DNA from: Bacteroidota bacterium
GTDB taxonomy: Bacteria > Bacteroidota > Rhodothermia > Rhodothermales > UBA10348
Direction of reading: 5' to 3'
Length of the DNA stretch: 64,000 nt
Assembly (NCBI GenBank): GCA_029262835.1
Contig: JAJCYQ010000003.1
Span: 13,507 to 77,506 of the forward strand
Under the pieces are notes generated by a model. That model saw nothing but the letters and a program-made list of their open reading frames with translations, was not told the DNA's origin and searched no databases. Every line of letters starts with the position of its first letter. Position 1 is the stretch's first letter. Below, one piece after another: positions 55,241 through 64,000 of the stretch. Made by a program: the position numbers and the translations under genes.

Positions 55241-58158
55241 GATCCGGCGCCCCGCGACAGCAAGGTGAACAGTGCATCGACGGTTGCCGTGACCTTGGAG
55301 AGGTCATCCTCAACGGCATACATGGCGAAGGTGACCTTCTTTCGGACCTCCCGCATAGCGGCATCGCTCGATTTCCAGTTCGGATGGTCGTCGAACGCCT
55401 TCCGCACTTTGTCAGCCACGGCCCGCGCATCGGGAATGCCCTCCTCCTCGAAACGGCACAGCATGAAATACGCCAGACTGTCCAGGCCCTTGGCTGCCTG
55501 ATCCTTCTTGCGCGCATCGTTTCCAGCGACAAGAGCCAACAGTTCCTCCAGCGCTTCCTCTGTCGATGCCTGGCGCGCTTCAAACGCCTCAAGCACGGCC
55601 TGGGCCCGGTCGGCCATGGCAAGCAGAAACGGGTCGTCACTCTTCTCATCGGCCACCTTCTCGATTTCCTTGATGAGGTTGATGACCTTCGTGGCCTTGC
55701 CCCCTTTCGCCTGCTTGACAGCCTCAATGGTATTGCCGTCAATCACCACAAACGGGTTGTCCGGCTCGCCGACAATCGCGCCGATGTGTTTTTGGACCAA
55801 GTCGTTGGTCTTTTTCTGGAAATCCCGGTCCACGTACACGCGCCTGGCATAGGCATTACCGACGACTCGATACATATTGCTCAGCGTTGCATAGTCGTCT
55901 ATAAAGGGCCGCAGGAACGCGTCGGGGGAGATGATCTCGTACAGCATCTCCAGTTCCTTGTACTCACGGAAGAACTCCTTGCGCCGATCCGGGTCGCGAT
56001 AGTGCTCGATGAGTGTATCGACATCCTTGTCGTTGAAGTTCTGGTCGATAAGGGACAGGTACCCGGGTGCCTTTTGCTCCATCTTGGTGCGAAACAGCCC
56101 CTTCAGGAGCTTCAGGTCCTTCACTATCGCATTGACTTCGTCGCTGTCGAAGGCCAAGGCCTTTTCCAAGTTGTCGAAGATGCCGACAAAGTCCATGACG
56201 AGCCCGTGCGGCTTCACCATGTCGTGTGACTCGTTCTCATAAGGGCGGTTAACCCGGGCAATAGCCTGCAGTAGCGTGTGATCCCGCATGGGCTTGTCTA
56301 GATACATGGCATAGAGCACGGGCGCATCGAATCCAGTCAACAGCTTCTCTGTGACAATCAGAAGCTTTGGATACTCCTCCAGCTTGCCAAAACTCTTCCG
56401 GATTTGCCGCTCCCGTTTGGAGTCGAGATGGAATTCCTTCAGCAGCACCGAATCGTTGTTGTTGCCCGTGTACACGACTTCTGAGTATTCGGTAGGCAGG
56501 AATTCGTCGAGTGCGTGTTTGTAAAGGGCGCATGCTTCGCGATCCACTCCGACCAGGAAGGCCTTGTACCCGAGGGGCTCCACGTTGTGCGTGTAGTGGT
56601 CGGCCACAAAACTGGCGACTTTTCGGATGCGCTCCTTCCCCTTCAGAAAGTTCTTCAGATTGACCGCACGCTCAAGGATCTTGTTCAGCTCATCGATGTC
56701 GGCCACACCTTCCGCTTCCGCCAGTGACAGGAATTCCTCATCGAGCGTTTCGTGGGGCACGAGCATCTCATTGGGCGCCAACTGGTAGTAGAGCGGCAGC
56801 GTAGTCCCGTCGTCAATACTGTCGGCAATCGAATACTTGTGCAAGTATCCGTTGTCGTCCTCGCATCCAAACGTCTTGAACGTGCCCTTTCCGTACGCGG
56901 TCTTGTCTACTGGTGTCCCCGTGAAGCCGATGTAGGTGGCGTTCGGAAGGCCAGCCATAAGATAGTTGCCGAGATCGCCACCCGTGGTTCGATGCGCCTC
57001 ATCAATCAGAATGTAGATGTTTGAGCGCGTGTTGAGGTCTGCCGGCATGTCACGAAACTTGTGAATCATGGTCACGATGATGCCGCGATAGTCGTCCGTC
57101 AACAGCTGATTAAGCCTTGCAATACTGCTGGCATGCTCCAGATTGCCCAAGCCAAGTGCGGCCAGATTCTTCAGCATTTGATCTTCCAGCTCGTTCCGGT
57201 CGATCATCAGCAGGACCGTCGGCTTCTCGGCCTCCGGCGCCCGAAAAAGCCTCTCTGCGGCCTTGATCATGGTGAACGTCTTGCCGCTGCCCTGCGTGTG
57301 CCACACGAGACCACGCGTACGCCCAGGCTTCAAGGCTCTACCAACGGAGGCCTCCACAGCACCAGACTGGTGCTGGCGCAGGATGTACTTGTTAAGCTCC
57401 TCGTCTTTTTCTGCAAAGACGATGTAGTCTTTCAGGAAGGCCAGCACCTGCGGAATGGCGCAGAAGCTCTTCACCTTGGCCTCCAGCTTCCCGACCTCCG
57501 CGTCCTTCCAATTGAATATGTTTCTCCGTACGAGATTCCAGGCGACGCCGTACGAGAAGCCGATGGCATCGGTCGCGGTAAACATCTGCTGCGACACGAA
57601 AAGCTCAGGCGTCTCGCGGTGGTAGCGCCGGATTTGATCGATCCCCAGTGGAATTGCCTCATCCTTGTTGGCGTTCTTACACTCAATGACCAGCACGGGG
57701 ATGCCGTTGATCAGAAAGACCACATCCTCCCGCGTGCCGTAGTGGCCATTGTGAAACGCCCACTCCTCGGTGACTTCGTAGACGTTGTTCGCAGGATGAT
57801 CGTAGTCGATCACTATCAGATCGCGTTCGCGCTTCTCCTCACGGTCAAAGAACTTGCCCCGGTTGCGCAGGTGCTCGACGAAGTCCCGGTTACCGTAGAT
57901 GTCGGAATGCAGAAGTCGAAACCGCCCGAGTAAGGCCCCCTTTGCCTCCAAATAACGCGGGTTGAACTCCCGCACTTTGGAGTCCAGCAAGTCGCCGAAA
58001 TAAAGGGATCTGTTTTTGGAGCGTTCAGTCGGAGGGATTTCCGGATCAAACCCACGCCGCTGCTCGGCGCCCGTCCGAGACACAAACATCCACCCGATCG
58101 CCTGGGCGTACTCGAGAATCCTGGCTTGGACTGTTTTGTGTTCGGAGGGGGTTGGCAT
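55237..58158 (-). CDS. hsdR: type I restriction endonuclease subunit R
   Basis: DVVFLINGIPVLVIECK nuclease motif; WHTQGSGKT, DEAHR, FTGTP, LLTGFDAP, LLQAIARVNR. Confidence 0.95.
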   Translation of the reverse strand: MPTPSEHKTVQARILEYAQAIGWMFVSRTGAEQRRGFDPEIPPTERSKNRSLYFGDLLDSKVREFNPRYLEAKGALLGRFRLLHSDIYGNRDFVEHLRNRGKFFDREEKRERDLIVIDYDHPANNVYEVTEEWAFHNGHYGTREDVVFLINGIPVLVIECKNANKDEAIPLGIDQIRRYHRETPELFVSQQMFTATDAIGFSYGVAWNLVRRNIFNWKDAEVGKLEAKVKSFCAIPQVLAFLKDYIVFAEKDEELNKYILRQHQSGAVEASVGRALKPGRTRGLVWHTQGSGKTFTMIKAAERLFRAPEAEKPTVLLMIDRNELEDQMLKNLAALGLGNLEHASSIARLNQLLTDDYRGIIVTMIHKFRDMPADLNTRSNIYILIDEAHRTTGGDLGNYLMAGLPNATYIGFTGTPVDKTAYGKGTFKTFGCEDDNGYLHKYSIADSIDDGTTLPLYYQLAPNEMLVPHETLDEEFLSLAEAEGVADIDELNKILERAVNLKNFLKGKERIRKVASFVADHYTHNVEPLGYKAFLVGVDREACALYKHALDEFLPTEYSEVVYTGNNNDSVLLKEFHLDSKRERQIRKSFGKLEEYPKLLIVTEKLLTGFDAPVLYAMYLDKPMRDHTLLQAIARVNRPYENESHDMVKPHGLVMDFVGIFDNLEKALAFDSDEVNAIVKDLKLLKGLFRTKMEQKAPGYLSLIDQNFNDKDVDTLIEHYRDPDRRKEFFREYKELEMLYEIISPDAFLRPFIDDYATLSNMYRVVGNAYARRVYVDRDFQKKTNDLVQKHIGAIVGEPDNPFVVIDGNTIEAVKQAKGGKATKVINLIKEIEKVADEKSDDPFLLAMADRAQAVLEAFEARQASTEEALEELLALVAGNDARKKDQAAKGLDSLAYFMLCRFEEEGIPDARAVADKVRKAFDDHPNWKSSDAAMREVRKKVTFAMYAVEDDLSKVTATVDALFTLLSRGAGS

Positions 58159-58160
58159 GG

Positions 58161-59927
58161 TTACTTCCTTCCCGATTGGATTGCCTGTTTCCTCCAACTC
58201 GCAACTGAATCAGAAAGCCTCGCCACCTTCTTGTCTTCGCCCCACCTATCCCAAAAAGGAACGGTTCCACTGTTTGGCTTATTTTCCGGCTGTTGAATCC
58301 GGACACGCGTAGGAAGCAGGCTCGCATCTCCAACGACCAATGCCTCTCCAGTGTCAAGGACAGGCAAGAGGTCACTAAATCCACCCAGACTGTCAGGCAG
58401 CAAACGCCGAACGACATTCTGGTCGTCTCCATTTGTCAGTCGCATCGCGACTAGGTTATTGCACTGGCTCAATACTGTACGATTCACCTCTGATGGACGT
58501 TGACTAATCACCACAAGGCCAACGCCGTATTTGCGCCCCTCCTTGGCGATTCGTTCGAATGTTTCAACAGCGAAGGCTTCTCCTCCGCTGGATGATTGAC
58601 GCTCAGGAATGTATAAGTGCGCTTCATCGCAAAACAATGCGATTGGATGTCTGTTTTCAGTTGGTGTCCATTGTTGGATCGAAAAGACCAGTTTCGCAAC
58701 CAGGCTAATGATCAACGGCAACATATCGGACGGAACCTCAGAGAAATCTACGATCTTCACGCCTCCAATCTTATCCGATTGATCCTTTGTCCCCGAAACC
58801 AGAACTTCGACGAGCTTCTCAAGCCAATCAAATTCCAACGTCTCGTCCGGAGCCTGGAATAGAAAACCAAGCCGACGATCTGTCTGCTTGTTTTTCAGTC
58901 TTTCCACGAGGCGACTGAGTTTTCCATGAAACGGCCCCTGCTTTTCACTTCCCGCCCTTGCTCCAGGAACCATTTCGGCGTCAAGTTCCTCCAAATGCGC
59001 GATGACTTCGACGATCTTAAACGGAACGGGACTGTCGATCGTGAAATTATCCAGGACGTCGGAATGATTGCCTGTAGTCAGGTAGTCGCGCTTTGCGTCA
59101 ATAATCGTCCGAGACATAAGCATCGCTTGATTCGGTGCGTTCTGATCACTGCGATCAACGAACATTGAGACCATCGCCTCATAAGCGAGCAGCCAATACG
59201 GCAAGTGAACGACTCCGTCGTTTAAGGTGCTTCTGGCGTCGAGGTCTTTGGGGCCCGCGACTCGAAGATGCCGGATCCCGTCCCCTTTCAATGGACGGTA
59301 TTCACCATGAATATCAAACACGATTCCGTTGGCATTGGGCAGGCTAGCCATACACTCGAGCACACGTGCAGTAGTCCACGACTTTCCTGAACCAGTGCTT
59401 CCTACGATGATTGCGTGTCGCTGGAAGAACTTATTCCCATTAAGGTACGCCTCTGCTTTATCGTCCAGAGTGTAGTGCCCGAGGGAAAGACGTTCTCCAT
59501 CAGCAGATATGTTGGCAATGACCCGCATGAAGTTGGTCAGAATATCTCCTTCAACGGCAAAGCAGTTCGCGTCGATTTCAGGGACCGTCTCCAATGTTCG
59601 CAGGAATACGTCGGATTCAGAACCCCGCTTGTCGACCACTGTGCCAATAAGAGTAATCCTGACCAGATTTAGCTCGCTTTGCACCTTGAGGTCACCCTCG
59701 TCGCCTTCCACTTCTGCAATCTCTTTTGCTTCAACTGCGTTACGTGTGATTTTCTGTATGATTCCAATCAAATGCTGGCCCGGACGGCTACTTTGGAGAA
59801 CGGCTAGGCGATTGACCTGCAATTTTCGAAGGCGTTCCACATCAGCGACGTGAACAATCACGACAGCTGTATCAACAGATTTGACTACGCCCAAGGCGTC
59901 CGTATCGTTGTAGTTGAAGATGCTCAT
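58161..59927 (-). CDS. herA: HerA/FtsK-family ATPase (DUF87), Sir2-HerA partner
   Basis: N-terminal HAS-barrel-like region; HAIIVGSTGSGKS, FDIHGEY, DEAH, AKEGRKYG, SQRPSE. Confidence 0.9.
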   Translation of the reverse strand: MSIFNYNDTDALGVVKSVDTAVVIVHVADVERLRKLQVNRLAVLQSSRPGQHLIGIIQKITRNAVEAKEIAEVEGDEGDLKVQSELNLVRITLIGTVVDKRGSESDVFLRTLETVPEIDANCFAVEGDILTNFMRVIANISADGERLSLGHYTLDDKAEAYLNGNKFFQRHAIIVGSTGSGKSWTTARVLECMASLPNANGIVFDIHGEYRPLKGDGIRHLRVAGPKDLDARSTLNDGVVHLPYWLLAYEAMVSMFVDRSDQNAPNQAMLMSRTIIDAKRDYLTTGNHSDVLDNFTIDSPVPFKIVEVIAHLEELDAEMVPGARAGSEKQGPFHGKLSRLVERLKNKQTDRRLGFLFQAPDETLEFDWLEKLVEVLVSGTKDQSDKIGGVKIVDFSEVPSDMLPLIISLVAKLVFSIQQWTPTENRHPIALFCDEAHLYIPERQSSSGGEAFAVETFERIAKEGRKYGVGLVVISQRPSEVNRTVLSQCNNLVAMRLTNGDDQNVVRRLLPDSLGGFSDLLPVLDTGEALVVGDASLLPTRVRIQQPENKPNSGTVPFWDRWGEDKKVARLSDSVASWRKQAIQSGRK

Positions 59928-60961
59928 GAGATTACCAGTTTTAGAAATTCACCTAGCTGCCATGTCGGTGACCCTGCGATTTCTTCGCCCGCAGGGAATT
60001 CCTTGCTGAAAATGCGGCAACCATTAGGACTCTCCTCAATTGCCAAATACTTGCCGCATTTCCCACTTTCCAGAAAAGCCTTCGCAGCCGGAGAAATGGA
60101 CTTGGTTAGAAGGACGAGTGGAACGTCCTTCTCACGACACCTTTCGACGAGAGTTGTTTGCAGATGCGTGTCGTTAAATCCGTAGCCGATGCAGAGATAA
60201 GCGTCCGCAGTTTTCAATGCCAGGTCAGCTGCCGATTTGATGAAATGAAATGGTTCGTCATGTGTAAGGCGATACTTTTCGATTCCCGGAGTTACTATTA
60301 CCGGCATCACGTGCGGTGGACGAGAATTCGACACGGGTAGACCAAAGACAATCCCATCACCGTCGCGAAACCAGTCAAATGAACCGTGAACCTTCCAAAT
60401 GTTAACCGTTCGGGATACCGAGTTCCCAACGTGGATCCGCGGCGTTCCGGTGACGGCGCGTGAGCGAATGTGTCCGTAGTTGAATCCGGTGTAGTGTTCC
60501 AGTTTCCCAACGTCCGCAGCGTATTCGGCGATACGATCATAGTTCGGCGTGACAACGTGGATCTCGCGTCTTGTGCTATTGAACAGGTGCTGAAACAGCT
60601 TGGTAAGCGGGAACAGATTGTGATCAAGAACCGCCCTTTCAAACACCTGATGATCAAACGGAGCCAAATAGTCCCAGGTGGATTCGACAACGAGCGCGGT
60701 AAGAGATTCAGGCAGTCTGACTTCGTCGAGAGCTGTCTCAAGGTCAGTCGTTGTAAGCTTCGACTGAAACTCATCCCATTTCGTTACTTCCAATTCTTCG
60801 GCCGTGCTGGGACAAGCGATTGTCTCCAAATGAGCCTTTAATTTCGGCATGCCCGGAATCCCGTGTGCTGCCGACGCACCACTTCCAAGTATGATCACAG
60901 GCGTTCGACTTACGCACTCTTGGGCAAGTTCTAGCAATGATTTGCGTGGATCCACGCTCAT
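59924..60961 (-). CDS. SIR2-family NADase, Sir2-HerA partner
   Basis: ILGSGAS..GIPGM, TPNYD, KVHGSFDW, IGYGFND.H; ATGA overlaps with hsdS and herA. Confidence 0.9.
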   Translation of the reverse strand: MSVDPRKSLLELAQECVSRTPVIILGSGASAAHGIPGMPKLKAHLETIACPSTAEELEVTKWDEFQSKLTTTDLETALDEVRLPESLTALVVESTWDYLAPFDHQVFERAVLDHNLFPLTKLFQHLFNSTRREIHVVTPNYDRIAEYAADVGKLEHYTGFNYGHIRSRAVTGTPRIHVGNSVSRTVNIWKVHGSFDWFRDGDGIVFGLPVSNSRPPHVMPVIVTPGIEKYRLTHDEPFHFIKSAADLALKTADAYLCIGYGFNDTHLQTTLVERCREKDVPLVLLTKSISPAAKAFLESGKCGKYLAIEESPNGCRIFSKEFPAGEEIAGSPTWQLGEFLKLVIS

Positions 60962-62304
60962 GCGCTGATTTCAAGGTCATGAACGCGGAGCTTCGCGGTC
61001 ATGAGTTCATGAAGGAGGGTGCGGAAGATGTCTTCGAGCTGGCCTCGTTTCCGGTCGTGAAGATCTATCTTAACGTCCCACGATTCGAGAGCGTTCACTA
61101 TCTCGGTTTGTTCGTCCGGACCTGGAAAGCTTATTGGAAAGCTCCGGATCAACGCTGCGTTCATATTTCTCTGATTTGCGCCGTGACCTAGTTGACGCAA
61201 ATTCTCGTACTGATACTGGAAGTAGTAATAGAGAAATACTGATGATAGCTTCTGCTCGTCGGTTGGCGATATCGACGCACATGCTTGATTCGTCGCCGCC
61301 TGGATTGCAAGCAATCCAACCTTCCCGCGTGTAACGCCTTGGCCATACATGGCCATGAGCAGCGTCCCTGCCGGGTAGAGACGCGCTGCGGAGTCTCTGA
61401 GCCCAACTGACGTGATCTTTTCCTCTGTGTCTCTAATTATGCAGTAGTCAATCTCGCCAGTCTTAACCCAGGGGATCGTCCCTCCAGTCCAATTCTCTGG
61501 AACGTCTCGACTGGGAGTGCCACCGCTTTGAATCTTCGCATAATCGCCGACTTTAGCCACTTCCCAACTCTCGGGCACAAGCCCAATTCTGGTTTGTATC
61601 TGGGGTTCGTTCCGGAATCCTTCGGTGAAGAGTTTGTGCATGAGAGCCTTTTTCAGCTCGGTGGTGGTCTGAATGATTCGCTCCTGCGCGTAGATCGTTT
61701 GCTGCACTTTCGAAAGAATATGTGCGATCTTCTTCTGCTCGGGGAGTGGCGGGAGCGGGACATTAAGTCGATAGAAACTCTTAGGGTCGACACGTTGGCG
61801 GCTTGGCGTTGAACCTGATACCAGACTCTTTGCGAGTGGCATTACATGAGGGGACCATACCAAGAAATACAGGAAGTCCCAATCTACGTCAGCCCCAGGC
61901 AGGATGGTTATCCATTCGGTTGATCCAATCTTTCGGAACTCTGATTCATCATCCACTCGCCAGACCTTCTCTACCCGCGGATTGAGTTTTCCAAAAAGGA
62001 CGGTTTTTGGTTCGAGGAGAAGTTTGGAGCTCTTGATCTCGTCACCCTTCGTGAGACTCGGGCGCTCATCACGCTGGAAGTCGGGGATGCTGTAATACTC
62101 AAACGTTTCATCGGGGAAGTTCTTCGGGTTCACCGTAGGAGCCTTATGCGTGTTGATTTCGCCAAGAGTTGCAAAATCCCAGTCGAAGGGAAGTTTGTCT
62201 AGAAGCGCACTCGTACCCCTGTCTTCAGCGGAATCCTCCCGTGTTACAGAGACGTCTGCGGTCGAAAGGCTTCGGCTGACAGGACGGCTGGTTTTTGCGC
62301 TCAT
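60958..62304 (-). CDS. hsdS: type I restriction-modification specificity subunit
   Basis: Two TRDs with conserved spacers (LP.DW, PLPPLPEQKKIA..L..LFT, VPESWE, P.PDEQ..I..LL..LMT). Confidence 0.92.
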   Translation of the reverse strand: MSAKTSRPVSRSLSTADVSVTREDSAEDRGTSALLDKLPFDWDFATLGEINTHKAPTVNPKNFPDETFEYYSIPDFQRDERPSLTKGDEIKSSKLLLEPKTVLFGKLNPRVEKVWRVDDESEFRKIGSTEWITILPGADVDWDFLYFLVWSPHVMPLAKSLVSGSTPSRQRVDPKSFYRLNVPLPPLPEQKKIAHILSKVQQTIYAQERIIQTTTELKKALMHKLFTEGFRNEPQIQTRIGLVPESWEVAKVGDYAKIQSGGTPSRDVPENWTGGTIPWVKTGEIDYCIIRDTEEKITSVGLRDSAARLYPAGTLLMAMYGQGVTRGKVGLLAIQAATNQACASISPTDEQKLSSVFLYYYFQYQYENLRQLGHGANQRNMNAALIRSFPISFPGPDEQTEIVNALESWDVKIDLHDRKRGQLEDIFRTLLHELMTAKLRVHDLEISA

Positions 62305-63326
62305 GGCTTCCCTCCATTCCGCTTCAAATCCTTTTCCAACTCTTCAATCGCCTTCAGGTCCTCCGTATCCGCCTTCATCGCTTCTGCTTCTTTACGATTT
62401 GCATCAAAATCAGCATACCGTGCCTCAACGACCTCCTTCATCTGTTCGCGGCTCATGGAACCGGCGCCTTCAAGGATAGGCTGCTCGTTGAACGTGAGCA
62501 TACGATCGACGTTGTGCCGCCAATAGTCGAGGGTTAGATCCTGCTTTTGCTTCGCGCGGAGTTCAGCCTGTTCCAGGAATATCACGACCAGGCGATTTAG
62601 GGTGTCGACTTCGTCAACACTGAGGTAGTTCTTGGCCACAATGACGTCCTGTTTTCGAACACGAGAACCACTCCATGTTGTGAGGGCCATGTTGGGTGCA
62701 TCAGGATTGGCCCGATCAACAATGAGTTCTGCCGCCGTCTTGCCAGTTACGGCGAAAAGCAGCTTGTTCTGAACCTCCGCAAAGAACAGCTGCGTTTCAT
62801 TCTCACGCGCCTGGTAGTCGCTGCTTAGGGCGAAGAGATCGCGCACCTTCTGGTAGAATCGCTTTTCCGATGCCCGGATTTCGCGGATCCTGGCAAGCAG
62901 CTCGTCGAAGTAGTCCCAGCCGCCGGGATTCTTGAGACGCTCGTCGTCCATGACGAAGCCCTTGACAAGAAACTCACCCAAGCGCGTAGTAGCCCAGCGA
63001 CGAAACTGGGTACCTCGGTGGCTACGGACGCGATAACCGACGGCTAGAATCGCCTCCAATCGGTAGTGCCGCAGCGATCTGGACACCATACGATCCCCCT
63101 CCTGCCGAACTTGTAAGAATTCCTTACAAGTTGCCTCCTTGGTGATTTCTCCCTCGGCGAAAAGAGCCTTCAGGTGCAACGTAATATTCTGCGGTGTCGT
63201 CTCGAACAGCTCCGCAATCTGTGATTGAGTGAGCCAGACGGTCTCATCTACCAGGCGGCACTCGATCTGAGCCCGTCCGTCCTCGGTCTGGTAGATCACC
63301 AGGTTGCCAGTGGATTCGTTCCTCAT
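62301..63326 (-). CDS. rhuM: RhuM-family virulence/DNA-binding protein
   Basis: TVWLTQSQIAELF, AVGYRVRS.RGTQFR.WAT, KGFVMDDERLK, IREIRASEKRFYQKV, VQNK, AKNYL. Confidence 0.9.
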   Translation of the reverse strand: MRNESTGNLVIYQTEDGRAQIECRLVDETVWLTQSQIAELFETTPQNITLHLKALFAEGEITKEATCKEFLQVRQEGDRMVSRSLRHYRLEAILAVGYRVRSHRGTQFRRWATTRLGEFLVKGFVMDDERLKNPGGWDYFDELLARIREIRASEKRFYQKVRDLFALSSDYQARENETQLFFAEVQNKLLFAVTGKTAAELIVDRANPDAPNMALTTWSGSRVRKQDVIVAKNYLSVDEVDTLNRLVVIFLEQAELRAKQKQDLTLDYWRHNVDRMLTFNEQPILEGAGSMSREQMKEVVEARYADFDANRKEAEAMKADTEDLKAIEELEKDLKRNGGKP

Positions 63327-63328
63327 TG

Positions 63329-64000
63329 TCAGTACCCCAGCTGTGTGAGGATTTGCCGCAGAGCCATGTCGGTCTCCTTGGCCTCCGCTTCAATGGCATC
63401 CAACTCGGCTACAATTTCGTCGATGGGCCTGTACGTCTCCGCATCGCTCGTGTGGATATAGCGGCTGGGGGAGATGTTGTAGTCGTTCTTCTTGAGCTCT
63501 GCGATATCGACAATGCGGCTGAGTTTTTCCTCTTCTGTCCATGCAATGAGTGTTACCGCAATGCGCTGGATACCGTCGTCGGGAATGAAGTTCTTGGGGT
63601 CGCCCTTTTCAAAGACCAGGCTAGCATTGACGAGAAATACCTTGCCCTGCCTGTCCTTCGGCTTGTTCCTGTTCAGGAAGAGCACGATGCCCGGAGCGGT
63701 GGTATTGTAAAATAGATTTTCAGGCAGGTAGAGGACGCTCTCGACAACGTCATTCTCAACAAACCACTGTCGGACCGACTTTTCCTTGCTGGATCCGGCG
63801 TTTCCTGATCCGCGAGAGGCGGCACCGGTATCGAGGACGACCGCGGCGCGGCCGGTGGCATTCAGGCTGGCGTGGATGTGCTGGACCCAACCCCAGTCGG
63901 CAGAAGATTTTCCGGGGAAGCCAGCCCCTGCAGGGAAGCGGTCTAGTTCGTCGGCGTCATAGTCCGCTTCCGTGAACCAGTCCTGGTTCCACATGGGATT
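63329..64000 (-). CDS. hsdM: type I RM methyltransferase subunit M, C-terminal part (5' end outside window)
   Basis: NPMWNQ at motif IV position, ADWGWVQH, GRAAVVL, E...R, LPENLFYNT, YNISPSRYI. Confidence 0.88.
   Translation of the reverse strand, partial: NPMWNQDWFTEADYDADELDRFPAGAGFPGKSSADWGWVQHIHASLNATGRAAVVLDTGAASRGSGNAGSSKEKSVRQWFVENDVVESVLYLPENLFYNTTAPGIVLFLNRNKPKDRQGKVFLVNASLVFEKGDPKNFIPDDGIQRIAVTLIAWTEEEKLSRIVDIAELKKNDYNISPSRYIHTSDAETYRPIDEIVAELDAIEAEAKETDMALRQILTQLGY

Noticed and set aside
50000-64000. Defence island as prophage/ICE with att sites
   Set aside because: No integrase, tRNA, structural or conjugation genes or flanking direct repeats seen; the right boundary is outside the window

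Overview
High-GC bacterial chromosome segment, most likely Rhodothermota/Bacteroidota (inferred from two proteins with T9SS C-terminal sorting domains, a hybrid two-component system and an animal-type glutamate dehydrogenase). The first ~50 kb mixes housekeeping genes with accessory genes. Housekeeping: a SAM-I-riboswitch-controlled metB-metX-SDR-ask-asd operon, rsgA, typA, mscS, aroE-Rieske-nadE-ruvA, gdh and queD. Accessory: secreted beta-propellers, peptidases, LytTR/CadC-like/HTCS regulators, an AbrB-Doc toxin-antitoxin pair and several gene remnants. The last ~14 kb is a defence island: an HNH nuclease, an uncharacterised two-gene pair, an interrupted Rpn-like gene, and a tightly coupled minus-strand operon hsdM-rhuM-hsdS-sir2-herA-hsdR-M48 followed by a second SIR2 gene, i.e. 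a Sir2-HerA module nested inside a type I restriction-modification system. No rRNA, tRNA, CRISPR array or integrase was recognised. All family calls come from motif recognition by eye, not database searches.
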